From Rubripirellula sp. (GTDB lineage Bacteria; Planctomycetota; Planctomycetia; Pirellulales; Pirellulaceae): DNA of 64,000 nt. Below, one piece after another: positions 47,338-57,381 of this stretch. The stretch is from NCBI GenBank assembly GCA_965216875.1, contig OZ244207.1:3424001-3488000 (forward strand), read 5' to 3'. Below the pieces are notes generated by a model. It worked only from the letters and a program-made list of their open reading frames with translations, had not been told where the DNA came from and did not search any database. The first letter of the stretch is position 1; each line of letters starts with the position of its first letter. A program made the translations under genes and the position numbers.

Positions 47338-49302
47338 CTACTGAACGAACAGGAATTCTCGTGTGTTCAAGAGTGCCCAAATGATGTTGCCGTAGCCAAC
47401 GTTGTCATTTTTGGTTCTCGACAATTCACCACCGGCGGTCCGACGGTCTGCATTGGTTGGCATGCGAGTCAGAACGCTGATAAAGATCGCGTCGATTCGG
47501 TCCCTCGTTTTGTCGATCGCCAGCACATTATCGACGATCGCTGACCCTGCTTCGAGCATCACGTGTGTGATTGGACCATTGAACATCGCCAAGATCTGAG
47601 GCACCGTCGCGTCTTGCTGTGATGCATTGATCGTTTCACGATTCCCTTGCCCAAACTGACGCAAGAAGTGCTCGGCGGGGACCGGTGTTGGCAACTCACT
47701 AGCACGGCAAAGGATATTGCCCTGATACGCATGTTTGTTCAACGATCGCTTGTAGGCGTTCATGAAAAAGGTTTCGCCAAAGCGTTCCGACTTTTGTTTG
47801 ACGGAACCAAAGTTCGCCGTGCCAAAATTGAGATTCACGATGGGCGACATCTCTGCAGCAGTCGGACGCTCGAAGGGAAGCGGATTGTGTACCGCGAGCG
47901 TCAAGATCGAATCCCAAACCTGTTCGGCTGTCATGCGGCGTACGACTGGACCGGGGAAGTAATACTCTTCCCCACTGGTGATGTCGTAATCGCTCGCCGC
48001 TCGTTGGTAAGTGTCGCTGTAAAGGATCGCGCGACACAGTTCTTTCATGTCAAAATCAAAGCGGATCAATTCACGACAAAGGACCTCCATGAGTTGGTCG
48101 TTAACGCAAGGATGTTCGTCGCGAAAATCGTCTATCGGCTCGACCATGCCGACGCCAAGAAAACGTTTCCACAGTCGATTGACGATCGTTTTACTGAACT
48201 GTTCGTTCTCGGGACTCGTCACCCATGATGCAAATTGCTCACGCGGTGTCGCGTCTTGGGCCGATGTGGGCACGTCCCCCCAAAGCACAGCCGGCTTCAC
48301 GACCTCTTTGGGCTTTGCATCCTCGTAGGCATAGTCGTGAGGCAAACGCATGGTCGCCTTCACTTCGCTAACACTGTAGGTGTTGGCCCGTGCGATACGT
48401 TGGAATTGGCCGGGGACGCGGCCGTTGGGATAGTGCTTGCGAGCCTCATTGATCAACAGGTTGGCAGGATTCTGTTTCTTGTAGCCAGGTGATCCGCGTT
48501 GAATCCGCGTGCGCGTTCCCGCGGTGAATGCGGCGAGCTCGTAAAACTGATACTGAGTCCAAACGTCAAACGGATGATCGTGGCATTGAGCGCAACCGAT
48601 CTGCGTGCCCAAAAAGACACGAACGGTGTTGTCGATGTAGGGCAGGGGCATGCCGTCATCACGAAGCTGAAACCCGACGGCGGGGTTCTCCCAAGTCTTG
48701 CCGTCCGCGGTCAACATTTCGTAGACGAATTCGTTGTACCGCTTGTTCACCCGAATCGAATCCTTCACGTAGGCCATGAACGGATCGGCGATGATGTTGG
48801 GCTGAGGACGTTCGACCAGACGCAGGGTGTCCGCCCAAAAGTTGTACATGTTGGAGACATAATCGGGGCTGCTTAGCAACTTGTCGATCAAGTCATCTCG
48901 CCGGTCGGGCTCATCCGACTCGAGGAATTCTTTTGCCTCGGCGAGCGTTGGAATGCGTCCGGCAACATCGAGGTAAATCCGTCGCAAAAAGACCTCGTCA
49001 CTCGCGATCTCATTGGTGTTGACGCTCTTTTCAATCAACTTCCGCTCAACTGCCGAATCGATGCTGCTGGCGATCGACCGAACCCGCGAACGCGAATTGG
49101 GATTCACCGGCGCGACCTTCATGTCCACGGTCGTCTTTTGACGGACACTCTCGGGAAGGTTGATTTTGACTGGTTTAGCGGGCTGAGACTGCCGACGCCG
49201 TTGTGCCGTCGCCGTGCTTGCGTCCAATCCGCAAAACAAAGTCACTGCGGCCACACACAAGACAAGATGTTGGTTTGGCAACCGATTGACCATGGAATCC
49301 AT
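47338..49302 (-). CDS. DUF1549/DUF1553 protein
   Basis: FLRRIYLDVAGRIPT, FLGTQIGCAQCHDHPF, IVNRLWKRFLG.GMVEPIDD, WALLNTREF. Confidence 0.92.
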   Translation of the reverse strand: MDSMVNRLPNQHLVLCVAAVTLFCGLDASTATAQRRRQSQPAKPVKINLPESVRQKTTVDMKVAPVNPNSRSRVRSIASSIDSAVERKLIEKSVNTNEIASDEVFLRRIYLDVAGRIPTLAEAKEFLESDEPDRRDDLIDKLLSSPDYVSNMYNFWADTLRLVERPQPNIIADPFMAYVKDSIRVNKRYNEFVYEMLTADGKTWENPAVGFQLRDDGMPLPYIDNTVRVFLGTQIGCAQCHDHPFDVWTQYQFYELAAFTAGTRTRIQRGSPGYKKQNPANLLINEARKHYPNGRVPGQFQRIARANTYSVSEVKATMRLPHDYAYEDAKPKEVVKPAVLWGDVPTSAQDATPREQFASWVTSPENEQFSKTIVNRLWKRFLGVGMVEPIDDFRDEHPCVNDQLMEVLCRELIRFDFDMKELCRAILYSDTYQRAASDYDITSGEEYYFPGPVVRRMTAEQVWDSILTLAVHNPLPFERPTAAEMSPIVNLNFGTANFGSVKQKSERFGETFFMNAYKRSLNKHAYQGNILCRASELPTPVPAEHFLRQFGQGNRETINASQQDATVPQILAMFNGPITHVMLEAGSAIVDNVLAIDKTRDRIDAIFISVLTRMPTNADRRTAGGELSRTKNDNVGYGNIIWALLNTREFLFVQ

Positions 49303-49586
49303 TACATCCGAATCGAGGCAGGAGAGAGAAGTGCGGGGAACCCCTATCATAGTCGATTGGCAGCCTTCCGCCGTCCGCGGAGGGTGGTGACCACTAGGGT
49401 GAAGCTCCACCGATTGAGACACCGATCGGATCAATCCTGTTCCGACGATTTTTCAGGCGTTGGAGGCGCGCAGCATTTCCCCGTTTGCGTTAAAAACGCG
49501 ATTGCAGCGTGATTGAACTCAACGATTTGCCTGGGTTCGGTAGAAGAATTCCGTCAAACCGCCCCCCACAGAAGAACCACTCGAGC

Positions 49587-50408
49587 ATGCCACACTCAAA
49601 TCCCTTCACTCTCCAGGGGCACCGCGCGCTGATCACCGGCGGCACACAAGGTGTCGGTGCTGCGATCGCCATCAGCGTTGCCAACGCAGGTGCCGACGTC
49701 CTGCTCCTTGGGCTCCACGAGGATGAAGCGGCCGCCGAAACGCTCGCTCGATGCAGGGCATGTGGAGTGACCGCCGAAATGATCACCGCCGACCTATCGC
49801 AAGCCCCGGAAGACTACATCGATGCCCTCGTTGATGAAGTCGAGCAAGCGATGCCATCCATCGACCTGCTGGTCAACAACGCTGGAACTTACATCGACCA
49901 ACCGTTCTTGGAGATGGATTTCAGTCGGTACCACAGGACGATGAATCTGAATGTGGCATCAGGGTTCTTCCTAACTCAAGCGTTGGCGCGTCAATGGGTC
50001 TCGAACAACGTCGCTGGTCGCGTCGTTTTCACCGGCTCCATCAACGGCGTCTTGGCAGAACCTGATCATGCCGCATACGACACAAGCAAGGGTGCCGTGG
50101 CCGCCATGGTGCGAACACTCTGCGTCAGCCTTGCCCCACACGACATCCGCGTCAACGCGATGGCTCCAGGATTGGTTCGAACACCGCTGACCAGCGTGCT
50201 TGACCAAGACGAACGCCTCGACAGCTGGATGAAACTCCACACACCCAACGGAAAGGTCCCGGGTCCTGAAGTTTGTGGTGATGCCGTCGTGTTCTTGCTA
50301 TCCGACGCCGCCAAGCATATCCAAGGTCAGACGCTGCTAGTGGACGGGGGCATGAGCGTATGGCAGCAACCCGACGTTCCCGACACCTGGCAGAAACCTG
50401 GCGTGTGA
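49587..50408 (+). CDS. Classical short-chain dehydrogenase/reductase
   Basis: TGGTQGVG, NNAG, TGS, YDTSK. Confidence 0.92.
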   Translation: MPHSNPFTLQGHRALITGGTQGVGAAIAISVANAGADVLLLGLHEDEAAAETLARCRACGVTAEMITADLSQAPEDYIDALVDEVEQAMPSIDLLVNNAGTYIDQPFLEMDFSRYHRTMNLNVASGFFLTQALARQWVSNNVAGRVVFTGSINGVLAEPDHAAYDTSKGAVAAMVRTLCVSLAPHDIRVNAMAPGLVRTPLTSVLDQDERLDSWMKLHTPNGKVPGPEVCGDAVVFLLSDAAKHIQGQTLLVDGGMSVWQQPDVPDTWQKPGV

Positions 50409-50498
50409 GACTCAACAGATGGGAGGGTGAGACTCAACAGATGGGAGGGTGAGGCTCCCGCCGAACCGAGCGCGGCTCCGCAGGAGCGTCGCCCTCCC
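50405..50498. repeat. Exact 22-bp tandem duplication running into a REP-like palindrome
   Basis: GTGAGACTCAACAGATGGGAGG x2 (50405-50448); GGGAGGGTGAGGCTCCCGCCGAACC...GGAGCGTCGCCCTCCC. Confidence 0.8.
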
Positions 50499-50505
50499 GT
50501 GAAAC

Positions 50506-52500
50506 CTATTCGCCGCGTTCGTCGGCGTAGGAGTGGATGCGGTACATCTCCTGGTCCGCGATTTCATCGGTGACCTCAAGGGAACCATCCGACTTCATCA
50601 ATAACCAACTTCCTGGTTCCGTCAATTCATCAACGATCGACAGTTTTTCACCGCCACCAAGGCCGACCACCGTCACGTCGCTTACAAGTTCTGCGTTTGG
50701 CAGTGCTTTGACCTGACGGCTCAATTGATCGACGACCGAAGCAACTTCTTCTTTTCCAGCGAGCACAGAACCTTCGCTGACTTCCAGTCGCATCGGCACA
50801 CGTGTCCCGAACTCGTCACTGTATTGGCTGGTCACAATCCGTGCCTTGGCTGGCGACCGTGGAATCGTGACTTCACGATTGTTGATCGTCCAACTGTTGG
50901 TGGATGCTGGCATCACAGGACCCGCAAAGTGCTCTTCCAACGGAGCGAGCGAAACGGGGTTGGACGGTTCACTCCATTCGCTCCATCGTTCGTAAGTTCG
51001 CTTTCCACTTGCCTCCGCCTCAGCCATTTTGTCCAGCACGCGTGTCGCGGACTCGACGTTTAATGAACTGACCTTTGGTTGCATCCTTGGGTTAGCGGGG
51101 AAGTTCGGGTCGTTGACCGAATAGCGAACTCGGTAGACGTATTGTTTGCCAGGCTGTGGAGGATTCTTGAAGCCGCGGAAGTCATAAAAACGCAGCAACT
51201 TGTGCTGGACAGGATTACGTTCGATACCGGCAGAACGGAATCCGAGAGACCCCATTCCCATTTCCATTCCGGCGTACATGTCATCGTAGCCACCTTCCAT
51301 GCCGAACATTCCGCCACCCGCGGAGCGGTCGCCAGGTGCACGAAGCTCGGTGTTGTCCTCCTCGAAAATCGTTGTGGCATCAAAGTCCGGTGCGACGTCA
51401 TCCTCGGCAGTACTTTCTGCAAGCAGAACTGCTTGCGATTCCAGTGGGATGTCGGGATGGAGTGCGAACTTGCGGTAGTCGTCCAGCAGGACTGGCGGAA
51501 TCCAAGTGGTCAAGTGCGGATCACGGTAGTCGTCCGGGACGACTTCCGGAGCAAACGTAGCCCACTTCTTGTCGGCCAACAGGGTGTACATTTTCCGATT
51601 CCAAACGTCGATCCAATCCTCTTCCTTGAGTTCATCGACCGACTTGTCGGTCACGTCGGCTCGTTGGACTTCAAAGTTGTAGTAGAAGGGTGTGTCGCGC
51701 GTCGGGCTGAAGTTATCCGACTCATGCAGCGCTTTTTCGAAGTTGTCATAGTTTTCACGGTGGGGCAGCAGTGCCGTTCCCGCGATGAACCATTGTGTTT
51801 CAGGACGAGGGTGTTTTTGATCCATGGAAACGCTGACCGTGCCAACCCCAAAGTCATAGGTCGGATCGAAGGAACGAAGACCGCCAGCCATGCTGGGACC
51901 AGCCATCTCCATCTCTTGCATGGCCATTTCCTCCATCATCATCATTTCCTCTTCCATCATCATCATCATCATGCCTTCCTCGCCACCGCCACCACGACGC
52001 CCTCGACTTCGCGACTTGGGCTCCTTCTTGACAGGCTTCTCGATCTTCTCCGGTGGCTCAGCTGCTTCCAATTGAGCCAAGCGATAGTCTGGATCGGAAT
52101 ACTTGACGGCGATTGCGGTTCGAACGCCGGTTGCCATCAGCTTCATCGCAGGAACGATCTCAGGATCAGCACGCCGCGCGAGTGACTGTTCTGGCGGCGG
52201 GCTCCATGGCAACAGATCTTCGTAGACGGTAGGAGCAACCGGTTTGTAGATCTCTTGCGTCTTTTCAACGATGCTGAAATCAGGGACGCGTTCAGGAATG
52301 ATCTTCTCGTTGCGATTCTCGTCGACTTCCTCCCTCACGGTCGTCGCGTTTTGGCCCAGTTTTTCCGGGTCATGCGTCGCAAGGTAGTTCGGCAATTGAA
52401 AGCCGCTATACAACATGAATCCGGTTGCCGCAAACACGACAACAAGAATCATCTTTTCGACGTGGAAGATGAAGAAGTCTTTGATCTTATCACCGTCCAT
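50506..52500 (-). CDS. Membrane-anchored hypothetical protein with Met/Glu-rich tract (third gene of pilM operon)
   Basis: 664 aa; N-term TM; EGMMMMMMEEEMMMMEEMAMQEMEM; FnIII-like PGKQYVYRVR...WSEWSEPS. Confidence 0.85.
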   Translation of the reverse strand: MDGDKIKDFFIFHVEKMILVVVFAATGFMLYSGFQLPNYLATHDPEKLGQNATTVREEVDENRNEKIIPERVPDFSIVEKTQEIYKPVAPTVYEDLLPWSPPPEQSLARRADPEIVPAMKLMATGVRTAIAVKYSDPDYRLAQLEAAEPPEKIEKPVKKEPKSRSRGRRGGGGEEGMMMMMMEEEMMMMEEMAMQEMEMAGPSMAGGLRSFDPTYDFGVGTVSVSMDQKHPRPETQWFIAGTALLPHRENYDNFEKALHESDNFSPTRDTPFYYNFEVQRADVTDKSVDELKEEDWIDVWNRKMYTLLADKKWATFAPEVVPDDYRDPHLTTWIPPVLLDDYRKFALHPDIPLESQAVLLAESTAEDDVAPDFDATTIFEEDNTELRAPGDRSAGGGMFGMEGGYDDMYAGMEMGMGSLGFRSAGIERNPVQHKLLRFYDFRGFKNPPQPGKQYVYRVRYSVNDPNFPANPRMQPKVSSLNVESATRVLDKMAEAEASGKRTYERWSEWSEPSNPVSLAPLEEHFAGPVMPASTNSWTINNREVTIPRSPAKARIVTSQYSDEFGTRVPMRLEVSEGSVLAGKEEVASVVDQLSRQVKALPNAELVSDVTVVGLGGGEKLSIVDELTEPGSWLLMKSDGSLEVTDEIADQEMYRIHSYADERGE

Positions 52501-52609
52501 AGGTCCCTCGTTTACTTCGACAATAGAAAAGTTGGTTGTTGGTTAATCTCGCAAACGCTCGATCTGCGAAATGAATTCAATGCCAGACTGAACTGAATCA
52601 GACTCGGCT

Positions 52610-54409
52610 CTAGGGTGCAATCACGACAGCCGGTGGCGGTGCAACCGTGCCCGCTTCGGCAACGGGCGGCTGACCGCCATTGTCTCCAGGCTGAGTGTTG
52701 TCGCCGCCCGGTTGAGCGGGGGCTGGCTGATTCGGATCGGGTTGATTCGGATCGGGCGTTGGCTGGGTTGGGTCTGCAGCCGGCGCGGGATTCGTTTGAT
52801 TTGGATCTGGCACAGCGGGATCGTCACCGGCGGGCGTCGGAAGCACATCGGTGTCGGTGGTGGTAGCCGGAGCTGGCGCTGCCACAGTGGCTCCGCCCGC
52901 ACTGCCGTCGATTTGTGTGTTCTGGTCGACCTTGTCCAAGCCCAACTTCTCGTCACTCGGTGGGTTATAGATGTAGATCAAACCGTAAACCTCGACCGTC
53001 ATGTCGTAGGGGTCTTCTTCGGCGGGCGTCTTGTTGGCATTCATCATGTTCATGCCCATGCCCATTCCCATTTCTCCGCCCATCATTTCCATTTCCCCCC
53101 CCATCATGCCCATTTCACCGCCCATCATCTCCATGCCCATGCCCATCATTTCACCACCAAGGGTTGAGGAGCCGGCTTTGGGGAGAACACGAACTTGACG
53201 AACTTCGACCATCAGCGGGGCACTGCCGCAGGCGGCAAGGAATTGTTGGAGGGCACGTTGGTCGATCTGAACCGACATCATCACGGGCACACGTTTGGCG
53301 ACTGCGATCTCGGCATCGGCAGGAGAATTGCTGGTCAAAGCCGTGCGCAGCGCCGAGGCAGCAACGGGCTGCATCTCAGCATCGACGTAACGATTCTCGC
53401 CGGGATCGGGAGACTGAACCTCAGGCCCACCTGCCCCCATCATCGCCATGGAATCCATCCCGGCCATCATGTCCGAGCCATCCATCATTTCCATGCTGTA
53501 CATGCCGCCGCCAGCGGTCATGCCTTCGCCAGGCTTTGCGATTTGCCCCGAATCAAATTTGACACTGCTTCCGATTCCGATATTGCGAATCTCGCGAATC
53601 TTGGCTTGGTAGGGCTGCCGCGCGTCTCCGTTGACATCGGCAACAATTTGCAGCAACTGCTTCAGGATCCAAATGTTCTCTTGTGAGTAATAGACTTCGA
53701 GGGTCGACGGTGGATCGGGGCTGGAACGCCAAGGAAACAGGTCATCAAGCACAGCGTTCTGGCTCGTCGTGGACCATTTCACCAACGGCCCGTCTTCCTG
53801 TCCGCGGATATTGATGTCTTTCTGTGGCCCGCCTGGCATTCCGGCCATCATCATCATTTCGCTGCCCATCTCGCCACTCGGACCACCCATCGCGCTGGCC
53901 GAACGCTTGAAGTCAGCCGTCCACTCGGTGTTTGCGATCTTGGCAATTTCAGGCAACGACTCGCCGATGTAGCGTTTGTAGCGGTAGCGAAGCGAAGCTT
54001 CTTTTTCATCCTTTTCGAGCGTCGGGTACTCGACGGACACCTCGATCGGAATGAGGTCTTCAAACTCATCGACAAACTCGTCGGTGAGCTCGGCACGCGA
54101 CCAAGTCAAAATGTTCCGCTGCCGTTCATAAAGTGACGACCAAGCTTCCATCAACTCGTCGCGTCGCGATTCGATCAGCACATTCATCTCTTTATGAGTG
54201 TGCTCATTCGGCTGGGAGTCCATCTCCGAACTGACCGTATCGACCGACATGTGGGCATTGTTGAGCTGGCTAGTCGCCGACGTGTTTTCGTCCGCGAGCT
54301 TGCCGGTGGTCATGTACCAGATCAACACCGATCCAATCAGGACGATGCCACTCGCGATCCAGAACCCATGGACGAGAACCACGGCAAGTTGCTTTTTGAG
54401 TTGATCCAT
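52610..54409 (-). CDS. Membrane-anchored hypothetical protein, PilO-position, Met/Gly- and Pro-rich
   Basis: 599 aa; N-term TM; RVPVMMSVQID...MVEVRQVRV...VEVYGLIYIYNPP; PDPNQ repeats at C-term. Confidence 0.85.
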   Translation of the reverse strand: MDQLKKQLAVVLVHGFWIASGIVLIGSVLIWYMTTGKLADENTSATSQLNNAHMSVDTVSSEMDSQPNEHTHKEMNVLIESRRDELMEAWSSLYERQRNILTWSRAELTDEFVDEFEDLIPIEVSVEYPTLEKDEKEASLRYRYKRYIGESLPEIAKIANTEWTADFKRSASAMGGPSGEMGSEMMMMAGMPGGPQKDINIRGQEDGPLVKWSTTSQNAVLDDLFPWRSSPDPPSTLEVYYSQENIWILKQLLQIVADVNGDARQPYQAKIREIRNIGIGSSVKFDSGQIAKPGEGMTAGGGMYSMEMMDGSDMMAGMDSMAMMGAGGPEVQSPDPGENRYVDAEMQPVAASALRTALTSNSPADAEIAVAKRVPVMMSVQIDQRALQQFLAACGSAPLMVEVRQVRVLPKAGSSTLGGEMMGMGMEMMGGEMGMMGGEMEMMGGEMGMGMGMNMMNANKTPAEEDPYDMTVEVYGLIYIYNPPSDEKLGLDKVDQNTQIDGSAGGATVAAPAPATTTDTDVLPTPAGDDPAVPDPNQTNPAPAADPTQPTPDPNQPDPNQPAPAQPGGDNTQPGDNGGQPPVAEAGTVAPPPAVVIAP

Positions 54410-54509
54410 TTTGATTCGTTCAGTAACTGGTAACGAATTGATTGGCTATGAACTGGTAACGATCGGGGTGCATTCTCGTCCGAACAAAAAAGACGATTTT
54501 GCAAAAAAA

Positions 54510-56747
54510 CTAAGGTGTCGTTGGCGCGGCTGGATTTGCCGGCGTCGCGGCTCCACCTGCAGCTGTCGGGTCGACTGCCCCACCACCCATTGCCGCAGCC
54601 TGGGCAGCGGCTTCTTCGGCAGCCTTGCGAGCTTCTTCCTTCGCAGCCACACGTTCCGAAATCGGAACGGGCTGCCAAATGACTTGGTAGACAAAATCGA
54701 GTTTTGGAACCTGGATTTTGGGAAGGATCGGCTCGCCGTCTTCGTCTTGAGGTCCAGCAGCTCGATTTGCACCCACCCCGCCAAAGTTGGGACCGCCAAA
54801 TCCACCACCGACGCCGCTCTCGCCCATCATCACGGCCATCTCGGGATCCCACAGCGGGTTGTCGATCGTGGTCATCTCGGCTTCGCGGTCATCCAAAAGC
54901 AACGGGAAACTCAAGCCCATCTCCTCGAAGGTGAACTCCTCCAAAATCGGATTGCCATTTTCGTCGTTTCCGATGGGCAACTTCACTTTGCCATCCATGA
55001 AGTTGGTCGTCATGTATTTTCGGATGTGCTGACTACCCTCCAAGCCTCGATTGTCGGGGCTGTTGTAGTAGTGGTAGCCGCGCAGTTGGATGACCCAACC
55101 TTCACCGGTCGGACCTTCCATCGTGTCGAGATCCTCGGGCACTTCTCGCTTCATCAAGCGTGCCCAGTTGCGATACTCCTCGCGATATCGAGCAGAAACG
55201 GTATCCGACCAGTACTCCGTCAAATCGGTATAGAACTTGGTGTCACACTCGGTGAAATGGAAATCCTTTTGCTCTTCAAGCGGCAGATCTTTTGGCGGCT
55301 TGCCGTCAGGGTATTGTTCGCGATGAATCGCCGAGTTGACGGTTTTGACAATCTCCATCCAAACCAATCGACGTTCGGCGTTGCCCGAAACGGAAAGGCC
55401 CATCGCGTTGAGATACTCGAGCTTCTTTGTCAGGTCAGCGTCCGTACTCTTGTGTTGGCCCGAATAGTCCTCCATCGAGGTGACCTTGGCCTTCGCACTG
55501 TCCCAGCGTGGATCATGCGTGGTCGCCCAACTTCGCTGGGTGAAGGCGTAATGACCAGCCATGCCAATCATCAACGCAGCGAGCCCGGCAAGCGTCCAAG
55601 GCTTTTTGGCGCGGATCATCCGAGCGGTAAGGATTTCCTGTGGCACCAAGCTGGCGTGAACCTGCGAGTGCCCAAGGCCTTGCAGGCACAGTCCATAACA
55701 GACGGCAAAGGTCGGTGCGTTGTCGCGGAACTTTGGAATCGTCAATACATCGTCGCCGCCAAGACGATTGAAGCGATCAAGCACGCGAACTTCAAACCCA
55801 AGGTTCTTTCCAAGGTAGGCGGCCAAACCGGGCATTTTCACCGTATTACCAGTGATCACCAACTCGGAGATCTCGGCCTTCTTGTCAATACTTCGGAAGA
55901 AGCCGATCGAACGCTGGACTTCGGTGACCAAATCATTAAAGACAGGCCGCATCGTTTGGAACACGAGTTTTGGATCAACCGCTTCGCGAGCGTTCCGCTT
56001 GAGGTGCTCGGCCTTGGCAAACGTCAGCTTCAAGTCTTTGGTCAACTGACGAGTGAAGTGGTTACCGCCGATCGGCATACTTCGCTGCCAAATGCGGAAA
56101 CCGTTGGTCACGATCAAATCGCTCGAGTCGGTACCGATCGAAAGGATGACGCTCGATGGCGGTGGGTTGTCGGCATCGAACGTTTCATTCTCGATCCGTT
56201 CGTGCATCCGATCGTACGCGATCATGTTGTAGAGCGCGACCGGTGCCATCTGGACCACATCGACTTCGATGTTGGCATCGTCAAACGGAGTGAGCTGACG
56301 GTAGGCCTGCTCGCGTTTCATCGCGAACAGTCCCACTTCGCTTTCGAGCGCATAACCTTCTTCGATCATGCTGCCAGGCATCATCTGGAAATCCCAAACG
56401 ACATCATCAAGATCGAATGGAATCTGTTGACGAGCTTCGTAGCGAACAATGTCCGCAATCTTTTTGACTTCGACCGGCGGCGGTTTGAAGAACTTGGCTA
56501 GACCGCTTTGACCTGGGACGCTGATACAGATCTTCTCAGTGAACGCGTCGTTGCGTTCAAGCAATTGATCCAGCGCGTCAGCGATCAGCTCTTCGGCAAC
56601 CGCCTCAGGCTGGCTCAAGATCTTCGGGTACTCGATATAGTCAAACGCATCGGCAACGATTTCGCCGTCTTGCATCGAACATCGCAGCGCCTTGAGGGCT
56701 GATTGTCCGATCTCGATTCCCCAAACGCTTTTTGAGCTGCTTGCCAT
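54510..56747 (-). CDS. pilM: Type IV pilus assembly protein PilM fused to a PilN-like TM/periplasmic region
   Basis: WGIEIGQSALK, VRYEARQQIPF, MPIGGNHFT, EVQRSIGFF, GLCLQGL then ASLVP (PilN INLLP-like) and a TM helix. Confidence 0.9.
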   Translation of the reverse strand: MASSSKSVWGIEIGQSALKALRCSMQDGEIVADAFDYIEYPKILSQPEAVAEELIADALDQLLERNDAFTEKICISVPGQSGLAKFFKPPPVEVKKIADIVRYEARQQIPFDLDDVVWDFQMMPGSMIEEGYALESEVGLFAMKREQAYRQLTPFDDANIEVDVVQMAPVALYNMIAYDRMHERIENETFDADNPPPSSVILSIGTDSSDLIVTNGFRIWQRSMPIGGNHFTRQLTKDLKLTFAKAEHLKRNAREAVDPKLVFQTMRPVFNDLVTEVQRSIGFFRSIDKKAEISELVITGNTVKMPGLAAYLGKNLGFEVRVLDRFNRLGGDDVLTIPKFRDNAPTFAVCYGLCLQGLGHSQVHASLVPQEILTARMIRAKKPWTLAGLAALMIGMAGHYAFTQRSWATTHDPRWDSAKAKVTSMEDYSGQHKSTDADLTKKLEYLNAMGLSVSGNAERRLVWMEIVKTVNSAIHREQYPDGKPPKDLPLEEQKDFHFTECDTKFYTDLTEYWSDTVSARYREEYRNWARLMKREVPEDLDTMEGPTGEGWVIQLRGYHYYNSPDNRGLEGSQHIRKYMTTNFMDGKVKLPIGNDENGNPILEEFTFEEMGLSFPLLLDDREAEMTTIDNPLWDPEMAVMMGESGVGGGFGGPNFGGVGANRAAGPQDEDGEPILPKIQVPKLDFVYQVIWQPVPISERVAAKEEARKAAEEAAAQAAAMGGGAVDPTAAGGAATPANPAAPTTP

Positions 56748-57381
56748 GAGATTTCGTTGGTACTAGTCGAATACAGTTTAAGGACTGGATGGTGATCGTC
56801 TTCGTGCGGACACACATATCGTGCTTGACCCTCACGATCTGCGACAAAGTGCGTTTTGTCCGCAGCCGGCTCGCCGTTGGCGGGCCAAGCCTGGATCGCG
56901 TGGAGTTTTTCGCCGCTTGGTGTTTTTCGTCGATTGGGTTGGATCTGGGTTGGATCGCTCGCATCGACCGTCTTCAAACGGCCAAATTCATTTCAATCCC
57001 CTTCATTTCCATCCCCGGACGCCGGGCAGCCTACTTCCAGGTACAATTTCCCAGACCACAAGTCCCCAGATTACACGATCGATCTGGATGAACGATGATT
57101 TCTGGGAAGTGTCACGGGAAAAAGGGAAGTCTTGTTCAGCAATCCTGGGTTTGGGGGGATTGAAGCGGGTCACCATGGGACCGACAAATGTCGGCGACGA
57201 TAAAAACGGAAAAGCATTGATAAGTGTGGTTTGGCAACAGTCATGAATCGATGCTGGAACTCGTTTCCACCCCTGAATCCGTCCACCCCGAATCCGACTC
57301 TTGCCAAGGGTTCCCCACGCGCAACCTGCGTAATCACAGTCTATCGATTCCCCCACCATTTAGTCAAACTTTTCCTTGAAT

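Noticed and set aside
56987..57016. ATTTCAATCC resembling a CRISPR repeat end
   Set aside because: Only a 15-bp tandem pair, no spacers and no cas genes
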